This document shows, one piece after another, positions 42,323 to 52,830 of a stretch of DNA of 64,000 bases. A program made the position numbers and the translations under genes. Positions within the stretch are counted from its first letter, which is position 1; each line of letters opens with the position of its first letter. The notes beneath the pieces were generated by a model, which did no database searches, was not told where the DNA came from, and saw only the letters and a list, made by a program, of their open reading frames with translations. The stretch is from an uncultured Gemmatimonadales bacterium (lineage in GTDB: Bacteria > Gemmatimonadota > Gemmatimonadetes > Gemmatimonadales > GWC2-71-9), in assembly GCA_963739455.1 (NCBI GenBank), contig CAVUAK010000001.1, forward strand, positions 2,176,001 through 2,240,000, given 5' to 3'.

Positions 42323-43006
42323 ATGGCAGCCCATAACCTGGTTGACCGGCTGGCGGCCGTCCGAGAGACGATCGACCGCAGCCTGACCCGGTCGGGGCGG
42401 CGCCATTCCGTTACCATCGTCGCCGTCACCAAGACGCATCCGCCCGAGGCGGTGCGCGAGGCGCTCGCGGCGGGGCTCGGCGACGTGGGCGAGAACCGGG
42501 TGCAGGAAGCACTCGAGAAGCAGGACGCGTTGCCGGGGGTTGCCGCGCGATGGCACCTCATCGGCACGATGCAGCGGAGCAAGGCACGGCTGGTGGCAGG
42601 GCGCTTCGCGCTGATCCACTCGGTGGACCGCGCGGACCTGGCAGGCGACCTGGCCCGACGCGTGGTACCGGGCGCGCGGCAGCGGGTGCTGCTGCAGGTG
42701 AACTGCTCGGCGGAGCCGCAGAAGGGCGGCGTCGAGCCCGAAGGCCTGCCGCAGCTGATCGACGATGTGCTCGCACTGCCGGCACTCGAACTCTGCGGGC
42801 TGATGACGATGGCGGCGTTCGACGCTGACGAACCAGCCCTGCGCCGCACGTTCGGGCTGTTGCGTCGGTTGCGGGACGAGGGCGAGCAGCGCGGCATATC
42901 GCTGCCGGAGTTGTCGATGGGCATGTCGGGGGACTATCCGATCGCGGTCGAGGAGGGCGCCACGCTGGTGCGACTCGGCACGATCCTGTTCGGAGAGCGC
43001 ACATGA
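42323..43006 (+). CDS. yggS: PLP homeostasis protein YggS
   Basis: VAVTKT, GENRVQE, WHLIG, GLMTM, LSMGMSGD, VRLGT.LFG. Confidence 0.95.
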   Translation: MAAHNLVDRLAAVRETIDRSLTRSGRRHSVTIVAVTKTHPPEAVREALAAGLGDVGENRVQEALEKQDALPGVAARWHLIGTMQRSKARLVAGRFALIHSVDRADLAGDLARRVVPGARQRVLLQVNCSAEPQKGGVEPEGLPQLIDDVLALPALELCGLMTMAAFDADEPALRRTFGLLRRLRDEGEQRGISLPELSMGMSGDYPIAVEEGATLVRLGTILFGERT

Positions 43007-43533
43007 CGGAACCGAACTTCCAGCTGACGCCAAACGAGGTGCGTGGACAGCAGTTCGGCACCTCGTTCCGGGGCTTTGACCGGATGGAAGTTGAGCTGTT
43101 CCGCGACCGGGTCGCGGAGGAGCTCGACCGGCTGTTGCGTGAACGGATCCAGATCGACGAGCGCACACGCAACGCTCAGGAGCAGCTGCGCGCTTTCCGC
43201 GAACGTGAGCGCGCCATGAACGACGCGCTGATCGCGGCCCAGCAGCTGAGGGCGGAGGCCAAGCAGGCGGCCGAGCGCGAAGCGGAAGCGGTGATCCGGG
43301 AGGCGCGGGCAGAAGGGGAGCGCATTGTGGACCGCGCCCGGATGGATGAGCGGCAGGTGCGGGAGCGGGCCGAGACGGCGGCGCGACAGTTCGCGGCCTA
43401 TGTGGCGGCGTTCCGCGCGCTGCTCGAACGACAGATGGCGGAGCTCGACGTGCTCGAGGGCCACACGAAAACCATCATCCAGGTGCAGTCGGAGGCGCTC
43501 GCCGCTTCCGCGGCCGCGATCGCCGCGTCATGA
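43003..43533 (+). CDS. divIVA: DivIVA-domain protein
   Basis: LTPNEV..QF..SFRGFD..EVE.F N-terminal motif followed by a coiled coil. Confidence 0.88.
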   Translation: MTEPNFQLTPNEVRGQQFGTSFRGFDRMEVELFRDRVAEELDRLLRERIQIDERTRNAQEQLRAFRERERAMNDALIAAQQLRAEAKQAAEREAEAVIREARAEGERIVDRARMDERQVRERAETAARQFAAYVAAFRALLERQMAELDVLEGHTKTIIQVQSEALAASAAAIAAS

Positions 43534-44366
43534 CGGCTGCTGCGGTGACGCTTGGCGCGCAGATGGCCACTGCGGTGGCGGCGATCCGCCGACGCAGCGC
43601 GTTCGTGCCCGAAGTCGGGATGATCCTCGGCACCGGTCTCGGTGCGCTGGGCAAGAGCATCGCCGTCGAGGCGGAGATTCCCTATGCCGACATTCCGGGG
43701 TTTCCCCTCAGCACCGTCGAGTCGCATGCCGGCAAGCTGCTGCTTGGCACGCTCGCAGGCCGGCGCGTCGCTGCGTTGCAGGGGCGCTTCCACCGCTACG
43801 AGGGCTACTCACTGCAGCAGGTGACGTTCCCGGTGCGGGTGCTTCGCGCGCTCGGGGCATCAACGCTCGTGGTGTCCGGCGCGGTGGGTGGCATGCACCC
43901 GCTCTGGAACCTTGGTGACCTCGCGCTCCTGTCCGACCATATCAACCTGATGGGTGACAGTCCGCTCATCGGCCCGAACGACGACACGCTTGGCCCGCGG
44001 TTCCCCGACATGTCAGCGCCCTATGATGCGGCACTGCGCGCAACGGCGCACAAGGCGGCGCTCGAGCTCGGCATTGCGCTCCGTGAGGGGGTGTACGTGG
44101 CGGTGACCGGCCCTGCGCTCGAGACCCGCGCCGAGTACCGGATGCTGCGCGCGATGGGCGCCGACGTGGTGGGCATGTCCACGGTGCCGGAAGTGATCGT
44201 CGCGGTGCACGGGGGCATGCGCGTACTGGGCATCACGGTGGTGACGGACAAGTGCCTGCCCGATGCGCTCGAGCCGGCCGATGTGGCGACGATCATCGCG
44301 ACTGCGGAATCAGCGGAGCCGCGGCTGGCGGCGTTGCTGACGCGAATCCTGGAGAAGATGGCGTGA
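43530..44366 (+). CDS. punA: Purine-nucleoside phosphorylase
   Basis: [38 protein letters not shown]. Confidence 0.93.
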   Translation: MTAAAVTLGAQMATAVAAIRRRSAFVPEVGMILGTGLGALGKSIAVEAEIPYADIPGFPLSTVESHAGKLLLGTLAGRRVAALQGRFHRYEGYSLQQVTFPVRVLRALGASTLVVSGAVGGMHPLWNLGDLALLSDHINLMGDSPLIGPNDDTLGPRFPDMSAPYDAALRATAHKAALELGIALREGVYVAVTGPALETRAEYRMLRAMGADVVGMSTVPEVIVAVHGGMRVLGITVVTDKCLPDALEPADVATIIATAESAEPRLAALLTRILEKMA

Positions 44367-47300
44367 CGCAGTTTCCCGCCTGGCCGGAACGGGGTGCCAA
44401 CGAACTCGAGCTCGAGTTGCTGGGCCGCTGGGAAGAGGAGAAGCTCTTCCGGCAGGCGCAGGAGCTCACGGCCAATGGCACGCCATTCGTCTTCTACGAG
44501 GGCCCGCCCACTGCGAATGGGCGCCCTGGAATCCATCACGTCTTCGCGCGATCCATCAAGGACCTGATCTGTCGCTTCCGCGTCATGCAGGGTCGCCAGG
44601 TGACCCGCATTGCGGGCTGGGACACGCACGGCCTGCCGGTGGAGATCGAGGTCGAGAAGGAACTGAAGCTCAACGGCAAGAAGGCGATCGAGGAATACGG
44701 CGTCGCCCGGTTCAATGCCAAGGCGCGCGAGAGCGTGTTCCGCTACCAGTCGGACTGGGAGCAGCTCTCGAACCGCACTGGCTACTGGCTCGACTACGAG
44801 AACCCGTACGTGACGTGCAGCAACGAGTACATCGAGTCGGTGTGGTGGCTGCTGCAGCGGCTGCACCAGAAGGACATGCTGTACCGTGGCCACCGGGTGC
44901 TGCCGTACTGCCCACGCTGCGGCACGGTCCTGTCGAGCCATGAGCTGGCGCTCGGGTACGAGGAGATCCAGGACAAGTCGATCTACGTGACGTTCCCGCT
45001 GGCTGATGGCAGCGGACGTGAGCTTGTCGTGTGGACGACCACGCCGTGGACGTTGCCGAGCAACGTGGCAGTGGCGGTGCACCCGGACCTGGAGTATGCG
45101 GAGTTCGATGTGGAAGGGCGTCGCCTGATCATGGCGCGGAATCGGGGCGAACACCTGTTCCCGGGCAGTCGTCAGTCGGCAGTCGTCAGTGGGGCAGAAC
45201 TGGTCGGGCTGAGCTACAGCCGCCCGCTCGACGTGGTGCCCATGCCTGCCGACCGGAAGCACGGCATCGTGGTACCGGGTGCGTTCGTCACCGCGGAAGA
45301 TGGCTCGGGCCTGGTGCACATGGCGCCGGCGTTCGGCGCCGACGACTACGCGGCGGGGCAGGAGCATGGACTGGCACTGGTGCGCCCGGTCGCGGCAGAC
45401 GGAACCTTCCATGGCACCACCTGGCCCGAGATCGAGGGCAAGCTGGTGACAACGGCCGAGACGAACAACATCATCATCCGGCGACTGAAGGAGACCGGTC
45501 GCCTGCTCGGCGATCCCGTCTCCTACGTGCATACGTATCCCCACTGCTGGCGCTGCAAGAGCAAGCTGATCTACTACGCCCGCGATTCGTGGTTCGTGCG
45601 CACGTCGGCGGTGAAGAAGCGGATGCTCGAGATCAACGCGCACGTGAACTGGCACCCACCTGAGGTGGGGTCGGGCCGGTTCGGCGAGTGGCTGGAGAAC
45701 AATGTGGACTGGGCGCTGTCCCGGGATCGGTACTGGGGCACGCCGTTGCCGGTATGGGTGTCGGACCGCGACCCGGCGCACGTGGAGGTGATCGGCAGCT
45801 ATGCGGAGCTTGCCGCGAAAGTCGGGCGGGCACTGCCGGCCGACTTCGATCCGCACAAGCCGTTCATCGACGAGTACACCTGGCCGGCGCCGGGCGGCGG
45901 CACGATGCGTCGCTCGCCCGAGGTGATCGACACCTGGTTCGACTCGGGGTCGATGCCGTACGCGCAGTGGCACTATCCGTTCGAGCACGAAGCAGAGTTC
46001 AAGGCGCACTTCCCGGCCGACTTCATCTGCGAGGGCGTGGACCAGACGCGTGGCTGGTTCTACTCGCTGCTGGCGATCGCGACGACGGTGTTCGACAGCC
46101 CGGCGTACAAGAACGTGGTGGTGAACGAGCTGGTGCTGGACGCTGAAGGCCAGAAGATGTCGAAGACCAAGGGCAACGTGGCCGATCCCTGGGCGGCGAT
46201 CCGCGAGTTCGGCGCCGACACGGTGCGGCTGTACCTGCTTGCGTCGAGCCAGGTGTGGGCGCCGCGGCGCTTCGATGCGAAGGGGATCGCGGAGCAGGGC
46301 GCGTTCCTCAACACACTCAAGTCGACTTATCGCTTCTTCTCGCTGTATGCGGGCGACTGGTCGCCGGGTGTGGGCGCCGAGGCACCACGCTCGACGCTCG
46401 ACAACTGGGTGCTGGCGCGACTCGACGGGCTGGTCGAGGAGGTGACGGCGGCGTGGGAAGGCTACCAGGTCACCGAGGGCGTCCGGGCCATCGTCGATTT
46501 CGTGGTGGATGACCTGTCGAACTGGTATGTGCGGCTGTCGCGGGCGCGCTTCTGGGCGCCGGATCACGAGGCGGACCCGGCGGCGGTGGCCACCCTGCAT
46601 GAATGCCTCGCCACGGTGGCCCGGCTGCTGGCCCCGGCGGCTCCGTTTGCATCCGACTGGCTGCACCGCGCATTGACGGGCCAATCCGTGCATCTTTCGG
46701 GGTTTCCGGTGACCCGGCGCCGGCGGGACGAGGCGCTGGAGGGGGCGATGGACGCGGTGCGCCGGCTGACGAGCCTCGGTCGCGCGGCGCGGGAGACGAA
46801 AAACATCCGGGTGCGGCAGCCGCTCTCCGCCATGCAGGTAGCGGTGCCGGCGCGATTCCGCGGCCCGTTGTTCGATGAACTGCTGGCGCTGCTGCAGAGC
46901 GAGGTCAACGTTCGCGCGGTGAGCCCGGTGGCATCCGATGCGGACCTGGTGCGGCTCAAGGCGAAGCCGAATTTCCGGGCACTCGGCAAGAAGTTCGGGA
47001 AGCGCACGCAGGAGGCAGCCGCTGCCGTCGCGAAGCTCGATGTCGACGCGCTGCGGATGCTCGAGGAGGGCGGTACCGCGCCGCTCGACGGACTGGGCGA
47101 CGTCTCGGCTGAAGAGGTGCAGGTCGAGCGTGAAGTCACCAGCGACTGGCTGGTGCAGAGCGACGGACCGTATGTGGTGGCGCTCGACCCGTTGATCACC
47201 GACGAGTTGCGCGCCGAGGGCCTGGCCCGGGAAGTGGTGAACCGGGTGCAGCGCATGCGGAAAGAGGCAGGCTACGAATACACCACCCGAATCCGGCTAT

Positions 47301-47479
47301 GGGTCACGGGTGATGAACAGGTGCAGCGCGCGGTCACGGCCCACAACGGGTTCATCCGCGACGAGACCCTGGCGCGGGAGCTCGATGTCGGGACGCGCGG
47401 TTCGGCGCCCGACCTGGAGCAGCAGGTGGATCTCGACGGGGTCTCGGCGGTACTGGGCATCCAGCGGCACGGCGAATAA
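44363..47479 (+). CDS. ileS: Isoleucine-tRNA ligase, type 2
   Basis: [52 protein letters not shown]; no C-terminal Zn finger. Confidence 0.96.
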   Translation: MTQFPAWPERGANELELELLGRWEEEKLFRQAQELTANGTPFVFYEGPPTANGRPGIHHVFARSIKDLICRFRVMQGRQVTRIAGWDTHGLPVEIEVEKELKLNGKKAIEEYGVARFNAKARESVFRYQSDWEQLSNRTGYWLDYENPYVTCSNEYIESVWWLLQRLHQKDMLYRGHRVLPYCPRCGTVLSSHELALGYEEIQDKSIYVTFPLADGSGRELVVWTTTPWTLPSNVAVAVHPDLEYAEFDVEGRRLIMARNRGEHLFPGSRQSAVVSGAELVGLSYSRPLDVVPMPADRKHGIVVPGAFVTAEDGSGLVHMAPAFGADDYAAGQEHGLALVRPVAADGTFHGTTWPEIEGKLVTTAETNNIIIRRLKETGRLLGDPVSYVHTYPHCWRCKSKLIYYARDSWFVRTSAVKKRMLEINAHVNWHPPEVGSGRFGEWLENNVDWALSRDRYWGTPLPVWVSDRDPAHVEVIGSYAELAAKVGRALPADFDPHKPFIDEYTWPAPGGGTMRRSPEVIDTWFDSGSMPYAQWHYPFEHEAEFKAHFPADFICEGVDQTRGWFYSLLAIATTVFDSPAYKNVVVNELVLDAEGQKMSKTKGNVADPWAAIREFGADTVRLYLLASSQVWAPRRFDAKGIAEQGAFLNTLKSTYRFFSLYAGDWSPGVGAEAPRSTLDNWVLARLDGLVEEVTAAWEGYQVTEGVRAIVDFVVDDLSNWYVRLSRARFWAPDHEADPAAVATLHECLATVARLLAPAAPFASDWLHRALTGQSVHLSGFPVTRRRRDEALEGAMDAVRRLTSLGRAARETKNIRVRQPLSAMQVAVPARFRGPLFDELLALLQSEVNVRAVSPVASDADLVRLKAKPNFRALGKKFGKRTQEAAAAVAKLDVDALRMLEEGGTAPLDGLGDVSAEEVQVEREVTSDWLVQSDGPYVVALDPLITDELRAEGLAREVVNRVQRMRKEAGYEYTTRIRLWVTGDEQVQRAVTAHNGFIRDETLARELDVGTRGSAPDLEQQVDLDGVSAVLGIQRHGE
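45166..45193. repeat. Heptamer (CAGTCGK) array inside ileS
   Basis: cagtcgt cagtcgg cagtcgt cagtggg, encoding SRQSAVVSG in the CP1 region. Confidence 0.75.
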
Positions 47480-47515
47480 GGCAACGGACAACCACTCATC
47501 AGGATGGGTACGAGA

Positions 47516-47902
47516 ATGATGCCGAAGAAGGACATCGACTACTTCGAGAAGCGACTGCTGGAGGAGCGCGCGCGCGTGCTCAAGCAGCTCGGCTACTACG
47601 AGAACGAGTTCAAGGCGGGCGACCAGGCGTCGGACGGGGACCTGTCGTCGTACTCGTTCCACATGGCGGACCAGGGCACCGATGCGATGGAGCGGGAGAA
47701 GCAGTTCCTCTTCGCGTCGCAGGAGGGCCGGTACCTGTGGCACGTCAACTACGCGCTCAACAAGCTCTACAACTCGCCGGAGAAGTACGGCGTGTGCGAG
47801 GCTACCGGCAAGCCGATCCCGTTCGAGCGCCTGGACGCGCTGCCGCACGCCCGCTTCTGCATCGAGGCCAAGGAAAAGGAAGAGGATGCCAAGCGCCGCT
47901 GA
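47516..47902 (+). CDS. dksA: DksA/TraR-family regulator, two-Cys variant
   Basis: Coiled-coil tip HMADQG; YGVCEATG.PIP.ERL.ALPHARFCIEA. Confidence 0.88.
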   Translation: MMPKKDIDYFEKRLLEERARVLKQLGYYENEFKAGDQASDGDLSSYSFHMADQGTDAMEREKQFLFASQEGRYLWHVNYALNKLYNSPEKYGVCEATGKPIPFERLDALPHARFCIEAKEKEEDAKRR

Positions 47903-48389
47903 ACGGCGCCTGTTCGCGTTGACCGCCGCCGTGGTGATCGTGCTCGACCTGGTCACCAAGGCGGCGGCCGAGGCGCACCTCATGCGGGTTACCGGCGTCC
48001 CGGTGGTTGGTGACTGGTTCCAGCTGCGCCTGGTGTACAACCAGGGAGCGGCCTTCGGCCTCCACCTCGGTCCCTTCTCGCGCTGGTTCTTCCTCGGGTT
48101 CGCGGTGCTGGCGGTGTTCGTGCTCAATTCGCTGTCGCGCTCGGCGCTGCCGGGCGACCGGTTCCGCCAGATCGCCTGCGGGCTGGTGACGGGCGGCGCC
48201 ATCGGCAACCTGCTCGACCGCATCCGCAGTGCCCGCGGCGTGGTGGACTTCCTCGACATCGGCGTCGGCTCCTACCGCTGGCCCACGTTCAACGTCGCCG
48301 ACATTGCCGTCACGTGCGGGGCCTTCGCACTCGCCCTTTCGTTCTGGCGGGAAGATGTCCGTCGGTCGGAGACGGCGAGCGCCGGATGA
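47886..48389 (+). CDS. lspA: Lipoprotein signal peptidase II
   Basis: DLVTK, NQGAAFG, GGAIGNLLDR, VVDF, FNVAD. Confidence 0.95.
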   Translation: MPSAAERRLFALTAAVVIVLDLVTKAAAEAHLMRVTGVPVVGDWFQLRLVYNQGAAFGLHLGPFSRWFFLGFAVLAVFVLNSLSRSALPGDRFRQIACGLVTGGAIGNLLDRIRSARGVVDFLDIGVGSYRWPTFNVADIAVTCGAFALALSFWREDVRRSETASAG

Positions 48390-49405
48390 CCACCGCCGAG
48401 GCCACGGTCGTCCGCTTCACGGTGCTGGCGGACGCGACCGAGCGCCTCGATCGTTTCCTCGCCGACCAACTCAGCCTTTCACGCACGCAGGCCGCCCGCA
48501 TCGTCGCGGCCGGCAGCGTGCGTGTTGCCGGCGTGGTGGTGCGCGCCTCGCGACTGCTCAAGCATCGTGAGGAAGTGATGGTCGAGATGCCGGTGGTGGA
48601 ACCGGCCCGCCACCTCCTGCCGGCCGACATTCCCCTCACAATTGTCTTCGAGGATGAGCACCTCCTCATCATCGACAAGCCGGCCGGCCTGGTGGTACAC
48701 CCGGCGCCGGGTCACTGGAACGACACGCTGGTCAACGCCCTGATGGCGCGCGGTACCCAGCTGAGCGAGGGCAGCGCCGGCCGGCCTGGCCTGGTGCACC
48801 GGCTCGATCGCGACACCTCGGGGCTGATGGTGGTCGCGAAGAACGACCTGTCGCACCGGAAGCTGGCCCACGCGATCGCGCAGCGAAAAGTGAAGCGGAC
48901 CTACGCGGCGCTGGCGTGGGGCCACCTCGATGCCAGCCCGACGGTCATGGAGGCGCGCATCGCGAGGCATCCGCAGGACCGGAAGCGGATGTGGATCAGC
49001 GACCTGGGCCGGCCATCGCGCACTGATGGGTATGTCATTGGTCGCTTTGCCTCCTGTGAGCTGCTCCGGCTGGAGCTCCATTCCGGCCGAACCCACCAGA
49101 TCCGGGTGCACCTGGAGAGCATCGGCCACCCGGTGGTGGGGGACCCGATCTACGCCGGCGGGGGCAGCCGGCGGATCCAGGGGTCCGCCCGGGCCCTGGC
49201 GGACCGGATCGAAAGGGCGACCCCCCGTCAGGCGCTCCACGCTGCCGGTCTCGCCTTCCGCCACCCCGCGAGCGGTGAGGAGCTCCAATTCCGGGCAGAA
49301 TGGCCGGCCGATCTAATGCCTGCACTCAAGCTCGCGGCAGGCCCGGAAGTCGTTGCCCCACAAGAGGCTCTAACCTATCTTCAGTTCTACGAGCGAGATG
49401 GCTGA
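48386..49405 (+). CDS. rluD: RluA/RluD-family pseudouridine synthase
   Basis: S4 domain RLDRFLA, KPAGLVVHP, HRLDRDTSG, GRTHQIRVH. Confidence 0.93.
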   Translation: MTTAEATVVRFTVLADATERLDRFLADQLSLSRTQAARIVAAGSVRVAGVVVRASRLLKHREEVMVEMPVVEPARHLLPADIPLTIVFEDEHLLIIDKPAGLVVHPAPGHWNDTLVNALMARGTQLSEGSAGRPGLVHRLDRDTSGLMVVAKNDLSHRKLAHAIAQRKVKRTYAALAWGHLDASPTVMEARIARHPQDRKRMWISDLGRPSRTDGYVIGRFASCELLRLELHSGRTHQIRVHLESIGHPVVGDPIYAGGGSRRIQGSARALADRIERATPRQALHAAGLAFRHPASGEELQFRAEWPADLMPALKLAAGPEVVAPQEALTYLQFYERDG

Positions 49406-49835
49406 CGTCCGTCCGTTGCACGCTGTCGTGTTCCGCGTCGGTGGCGTAGTCTGTGCGCTACCAGCAGGGGTTGTACGGGAGATCCTGCCGGCGGTCCGGG
49501 CTACCCGGGTGCCGGGGGTACCCCCGGCCATCGAAGGCCTGATCAACGTGCGGGGCGGTCTGGTGACGGTGGTGGACGGGCATGTCCTGCTGGGACAGCC
49601 GCGACCCGCGGAGCTGGAAATGGCCGTCCTGCTGCTCGACCGGGGCGGGAAGGTGGCCGGCCTGACGGTGGGTGAGGTGCTCGATTTTCTCGAAGTTCCG
49701 AGCGCTGCAGTCGCATCCCGGGAGCAGTTGCCGGGGGTCGATCCCTCCGTCGTGAAGGCGGTCGGGGAGTGGGGTGGGCGACGGTTCGTATTGCTCGATC
49801 TCGATGCGCTGCTGGCGCCGCTGCTCGGCGGCTGA
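49398..49835 (+). CDS. cheW: Chemotaxis coupling protein CheW
   Basis: VVFRVG, VREI, TRVPG.P..IEGLINVRG. Confidence 0.9.
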   Translation: MADVRPLHAVVFRVGGVVCALPAGVVREILPAVRATRVPGVPPAIEGLINVRGGLVTVVDGHVLLGQPRPAELEMAVLLLDRGGKVAGLTVGEVLDFLEVPSAAVASREQLPGVDPSVVKAVGEWGGRRFVLLDLDALLAPLLGG

Positions 49836-49880
49836 CCAGCCCAAGCGCGCAATAAATCCGGTTCCTGTCGGAGGTGGTCC

Positions 49881-50243
49881 GTGGGGCACACCGTTCTCGT
49901 CTGTGACGACGCGATCTTCATGCGCACCATGATTGCCGATATCCTCGCGGCCGCGGGCTACGAGGTGATCGGCGAGGCGGAAACCGGCGCGCAGGCAGTC
50001 CAGAAATATCGTGAACTCAAGCCCGACCTCGTCACCATGGACATCGTGATGCCCGACATGGGCGGCATCGATGCAGTGCGCGAGATCTGCAAGGATGATC
50101 CCGACGCGAAGGTGCTGATGTGCAGCGCGATGGGACAGCAGGCGCTGGTGGTCGAGGCGATCCAGGCGGGGGCGAAGGACTTCGTGGTGAAGCCGTTCCA
50201 GCCGTCACGCGTGCTCGAGGCGGTGCAGCGCGTTCTGGGCTGA
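49881..50243 (+). CDS. cheY: CheY-type response regulator
   Basis: VCDDAIFMR, DLVTMDIVMP, MCSAMGQQ, KPF; resembles Bacillus/Thermotoga CheY. Confidence 0.93.
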   Translation: MGHTVLVCDDAIFMRTMIADILAAAGYEVIGEAETGAQAVQKYRELKPDLVTMDIVMPDMGGIDAVREICKDDPDAKVLMCSAMGQQALVVEAIQAGAKDFVVKPFQPSRVLEAVQRVLG

Positions 50244-50248
50244 GCCCC

Positions 50249-52180
50249 ATGGATCTCGCGAAGTACGCGGCGCTCTTCGTCTCGGAAAGTCGCGAGCACC
50301 TGCAGCAGTGCAACCAGTTGTTGCTGGCGTGGGAGCGTGACCCGGAAGCAACTGCGCCGGTAGACGGACTGTTCCGCGCGGTGCATTCGCTCAAGGGCAT
50401 GGCGGCCACGATGGGGTTTGCGCCGCTGGCCGAGCTGGCGCACCGGGCCGAGAACCTGCTCGATGCGGTGCGGAGCGGGCGAGTCGCGGTGAAGCCGGAG
50501 CACTTCGAGCTGCTCTTCCGCTCGGTGGACGAGCTGGAGGATGGGGTCGCAAGGGCCACGACGGGGAAGGGTCTCCGCGCGGAAGCCGCATCGCTGGTGA
50601 AGGCGCTGGATGCGGCGGTGAAGATCGGGGACAAGCCGGCGGAGCCGGCAAAGGCGGGGAGGGCGGGGAAGGCGGGAGAAACGGCGAAGGCGGGTGAGGC
50701 TGCAAAGGCGGGGAGGGCGGGGAAGGCGGGTGACGAAGCGACTGCAGGCGCGAAAGATGAGCGGCCGTCGCTGGACGTGAAGATCACCGTCCGCTCCGAC
50801 GCGCTGCTCCGCGGTGCACGAGCACTGCTCGCGCTCAGGAAGGTGGAAGCACTCGGTGTCGTGTCCCGGGTGACGCCCCAGGTGAGCGAGCTGGAGCGCG
50901 AGGACTTCGACGGCAAGCTGGCGCTCCGCATCCGCACCGGTGCCGCGCCGTCCGAAGTCGATGCGGTGATCCGCTCGGCGGGTGACATCGCCGGGGTGGC
51001 GATCGACCTCGCCTCGGACGAGGCGACGGTCGATGCGAACGCGATGCGGCAGATCCGCATCGACCTGTCTCGCCTCGATGTGCTGATGAAGCTGGCGGGT
51101 GAACTGGTGGTGGCGCGAAACCGGCTGGTGGAGCTGGCCCGCGCATCGACGGACCCCGAGCTGGGGCAGGTGGGCGAGCGGATCTCGCGGCTGGTGGGCG
51201 CAGTCCAGTCGGAAGTGCTCGAGGCTCGGCTGACACCGGTGCGAGAAGTGTTCGACCGATTCCCCCGCGTGGTGCGCGACCTGGCCCGCGACCTGGGCCG
51301 GCAGGTGCGGCTCGAGGTGGAGGGCGGCGACATCGAACTGGATCGCGCGGTGCTCGATGAAGTGGCTGATCCGCTGGTGCACCTGGTCCGGAACGCGATC
51401 GACCACGGCATCGAGCCGCCGCGGGAGCGGGTGAAGGCGGGCAAGGCGGCCGAGGGACGGCTCCGGTTGTCGGCGTCGCGGGAACGGAACAGCGTGGCGA
51501 TCCGGGTGGCCGATGACGGCCGTGGCATCGACCGCTCGAAGATCCTGGCGAAGGCGAAGGCCGATGGGCTGGTGGACGCCGCTGCCGAATCGCTGGCCGA
51601 TGACCAGTTGCTGCGGATTCTCTCGCGCTCGGGCTTCAGCACGGCGGCGGTGGTGAGTGGTGTGTCGGGCCGTGGTGTCGGCGTGGACGTGGTGATGACG
51701 CGCATCCGGCAGCTCGGCGGGGCAGTGGAGCTGGTCAGCGAGCCAGGGCAGGGCACGGCGTTCGTGCTGCGGGTGCCGCTGACGCTGGCGATCGTGCGGT
51801 CGCTGCTGGTGCAGGTGGGCGAGGAACGGTATGTCGTGCCGCTCAACTACGTGAGCGAGACGATCGAGTTCTCGGCGACACCAATCACGGCGCTGGGCGA
51901 TCGCGAGGCATTGGTCATCAGGGAACAGCCGGTGCCCACGGTGCACCTGCACCGGCTGCTCAACATTGCGGGGGCGAGCACGACAGGGCGGCGGCCGGTG
52001 CTGGTGGTGCAGGTAGGGGAACGCCGGAGCGCGCTGGTGGTGGATGCACTGATTGGGCAGCAGGAAATCGTGGTGGAGCCGTTCGATGCGCCTCGCGGGA
52101 TGCCCGGCTGGTTCAGCGGGGCAACGATCCTCGCGGATGGCGCGCCGGCGCTGATCCTGGACGCGGCGGCGCTCGTCTGA
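50249..52180 (+). CDS. cheA: Chemotaxis histidine kinase CheA (P1-P5)
   Basis: FRAVHSLKGMA (Hpt), P2-like domain, HLVRNAIDHGIE, DDGRGID, GRGVGVDVV, C-terminal CheW domain. Confidence 0.96.
   Translation: MDLAKYAALFVSESREHLQQCNQLLLAWERDPEATAPVDGLFRAVHSLKGMAATMGFAPLAELAHRAENLLDAVRSGRVAVKPEHFELLFRSVDELEDGVARATTGKGLRAEAASLVKALDAAVKIGDKPAEPAKAGRAGKAGETAKAGEAAKAGRAGKAGDEATAGAKDERPSLDVKITVRSDALLRGARALLALRKVEALGVVSRVTPQVSELEREDFDGKLALRIRTGAAPSEVDAVIRSAGDIAGVAIDLASDEATVDANAMRQIRIDLSRLDVLMKLAGELVVARNRLVELARASTDPELGQVGERISRLVGAVQSEVLEARLTPVREVFDRFPRVVRDLARDLGRQVRLEVEGGDIELDRAVLDEVADPLVHLVRNAIDHGIEPPRERVKAGKAAEGRLRLSASRERNSVAIRVADDGRGIDRSKILAKAKADGLVDAAAESLADDQLLRILSRSGFSTAAVVSGVSGRGVGVDVVMTRIRQLGGAVELVSEPGQGTAFVLRVPLTLAIVRSLLVQVGEERYVVPLNYVSETIEFSATPITALGDREALVIREQPVPTVHLHRLLNIAGASTTGRRPVLVVQVGERRSALVVDALIGQQEIVVEPFDAPRGMPGWFSGATILADGAPALILDAAALV
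50632..50735. repeat. GGCGGGGAR-based repeat in the CheA P1-P2 linker
   Basis: gcaaaggcggggagggcggggaaggcggg occurs at 50648-50676 and 50702-50730; encodes AKAGRAGKAG twice. Confidence 0.85.
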
Positions 52181-52205
52181 CTGGGTAAGGGTTCGGGAGA
52201 GCACC

Positions 52206-52826
52206 ATGGACGATGTGCGGACACTGAAGGCGCACCAGCTCGACGCGCTGCGCGAGGTCGCCAATATTGGCGCCGGCCACGCGGCGACCGCGCTTTCCCA
52301 GATGACCAACCGCACCATCATGATCGCGGTGCCCGAGGTCAACGTGCGCCCGCTCGAGGACGTGGCGGAGCTCTTCGGCTCCGCTGACGCCGTCATCTCC
52401 GCGGTGCTGATGCACATGATGGGCGACCTCACGGGCCGCACCATGATCCTCTTCCCCACCGAGTCAGCCCGGAACCTCTGCGACATCCTGATGCGGCGCG
52501 CGCCCGGCACGACGCAGGAATTCGGGCCGATGGAGCAGTCGGGGCTCAAGGAGGTCGGCAACATCCTGGTGAGTGCGTACCTCACGGCGCTCAGCGACTT
52601 CATGGGGATGATGCTCGTGCCGTCGGTGCCCAGCCTCGTGATCGACCAGGCGGGGGCGATCCTCACCACCACCTACCTCAATTTCGGCCACGACCGCGAC
52701 TACGTCTTCTGCGTCGAGACGGCATTCCAGGTCGCTGGCGCGTCCGAGCAGCTTCACGGGCATTTCCTGCTGCTGCCCGACCTGCCCTCGCTGCGCGCCA
52801 TCTTCGACGCCATCCGCATCTCCTGA
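52206..52826 (+). CDS. cheC: CheC phosphatase
   Basis: DALREVANIGAGHAATALS and SGLKEVGNIL (two ExxN sites). Confidence 0.95.
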   Translation: MDDVRTLKAHQLDALREVANIGAGHAATALSQMTNRTIMIAVPEVNVRPLEDVAELFGSADAVISAVLMHMMGDLTGRTMILFPTESARNLCDILMRRAPGTTQEFGPMEQSGLKEVGNILVSAYLTALSDFMGMMLVPSVPSLVIDQAGAILTTTYLNFGHDRDYVFCVETAFQVAGASEQLHGHFLLLPDLPSLRAIFDAIRIS

Positions 52827-52830
52827 CCCG

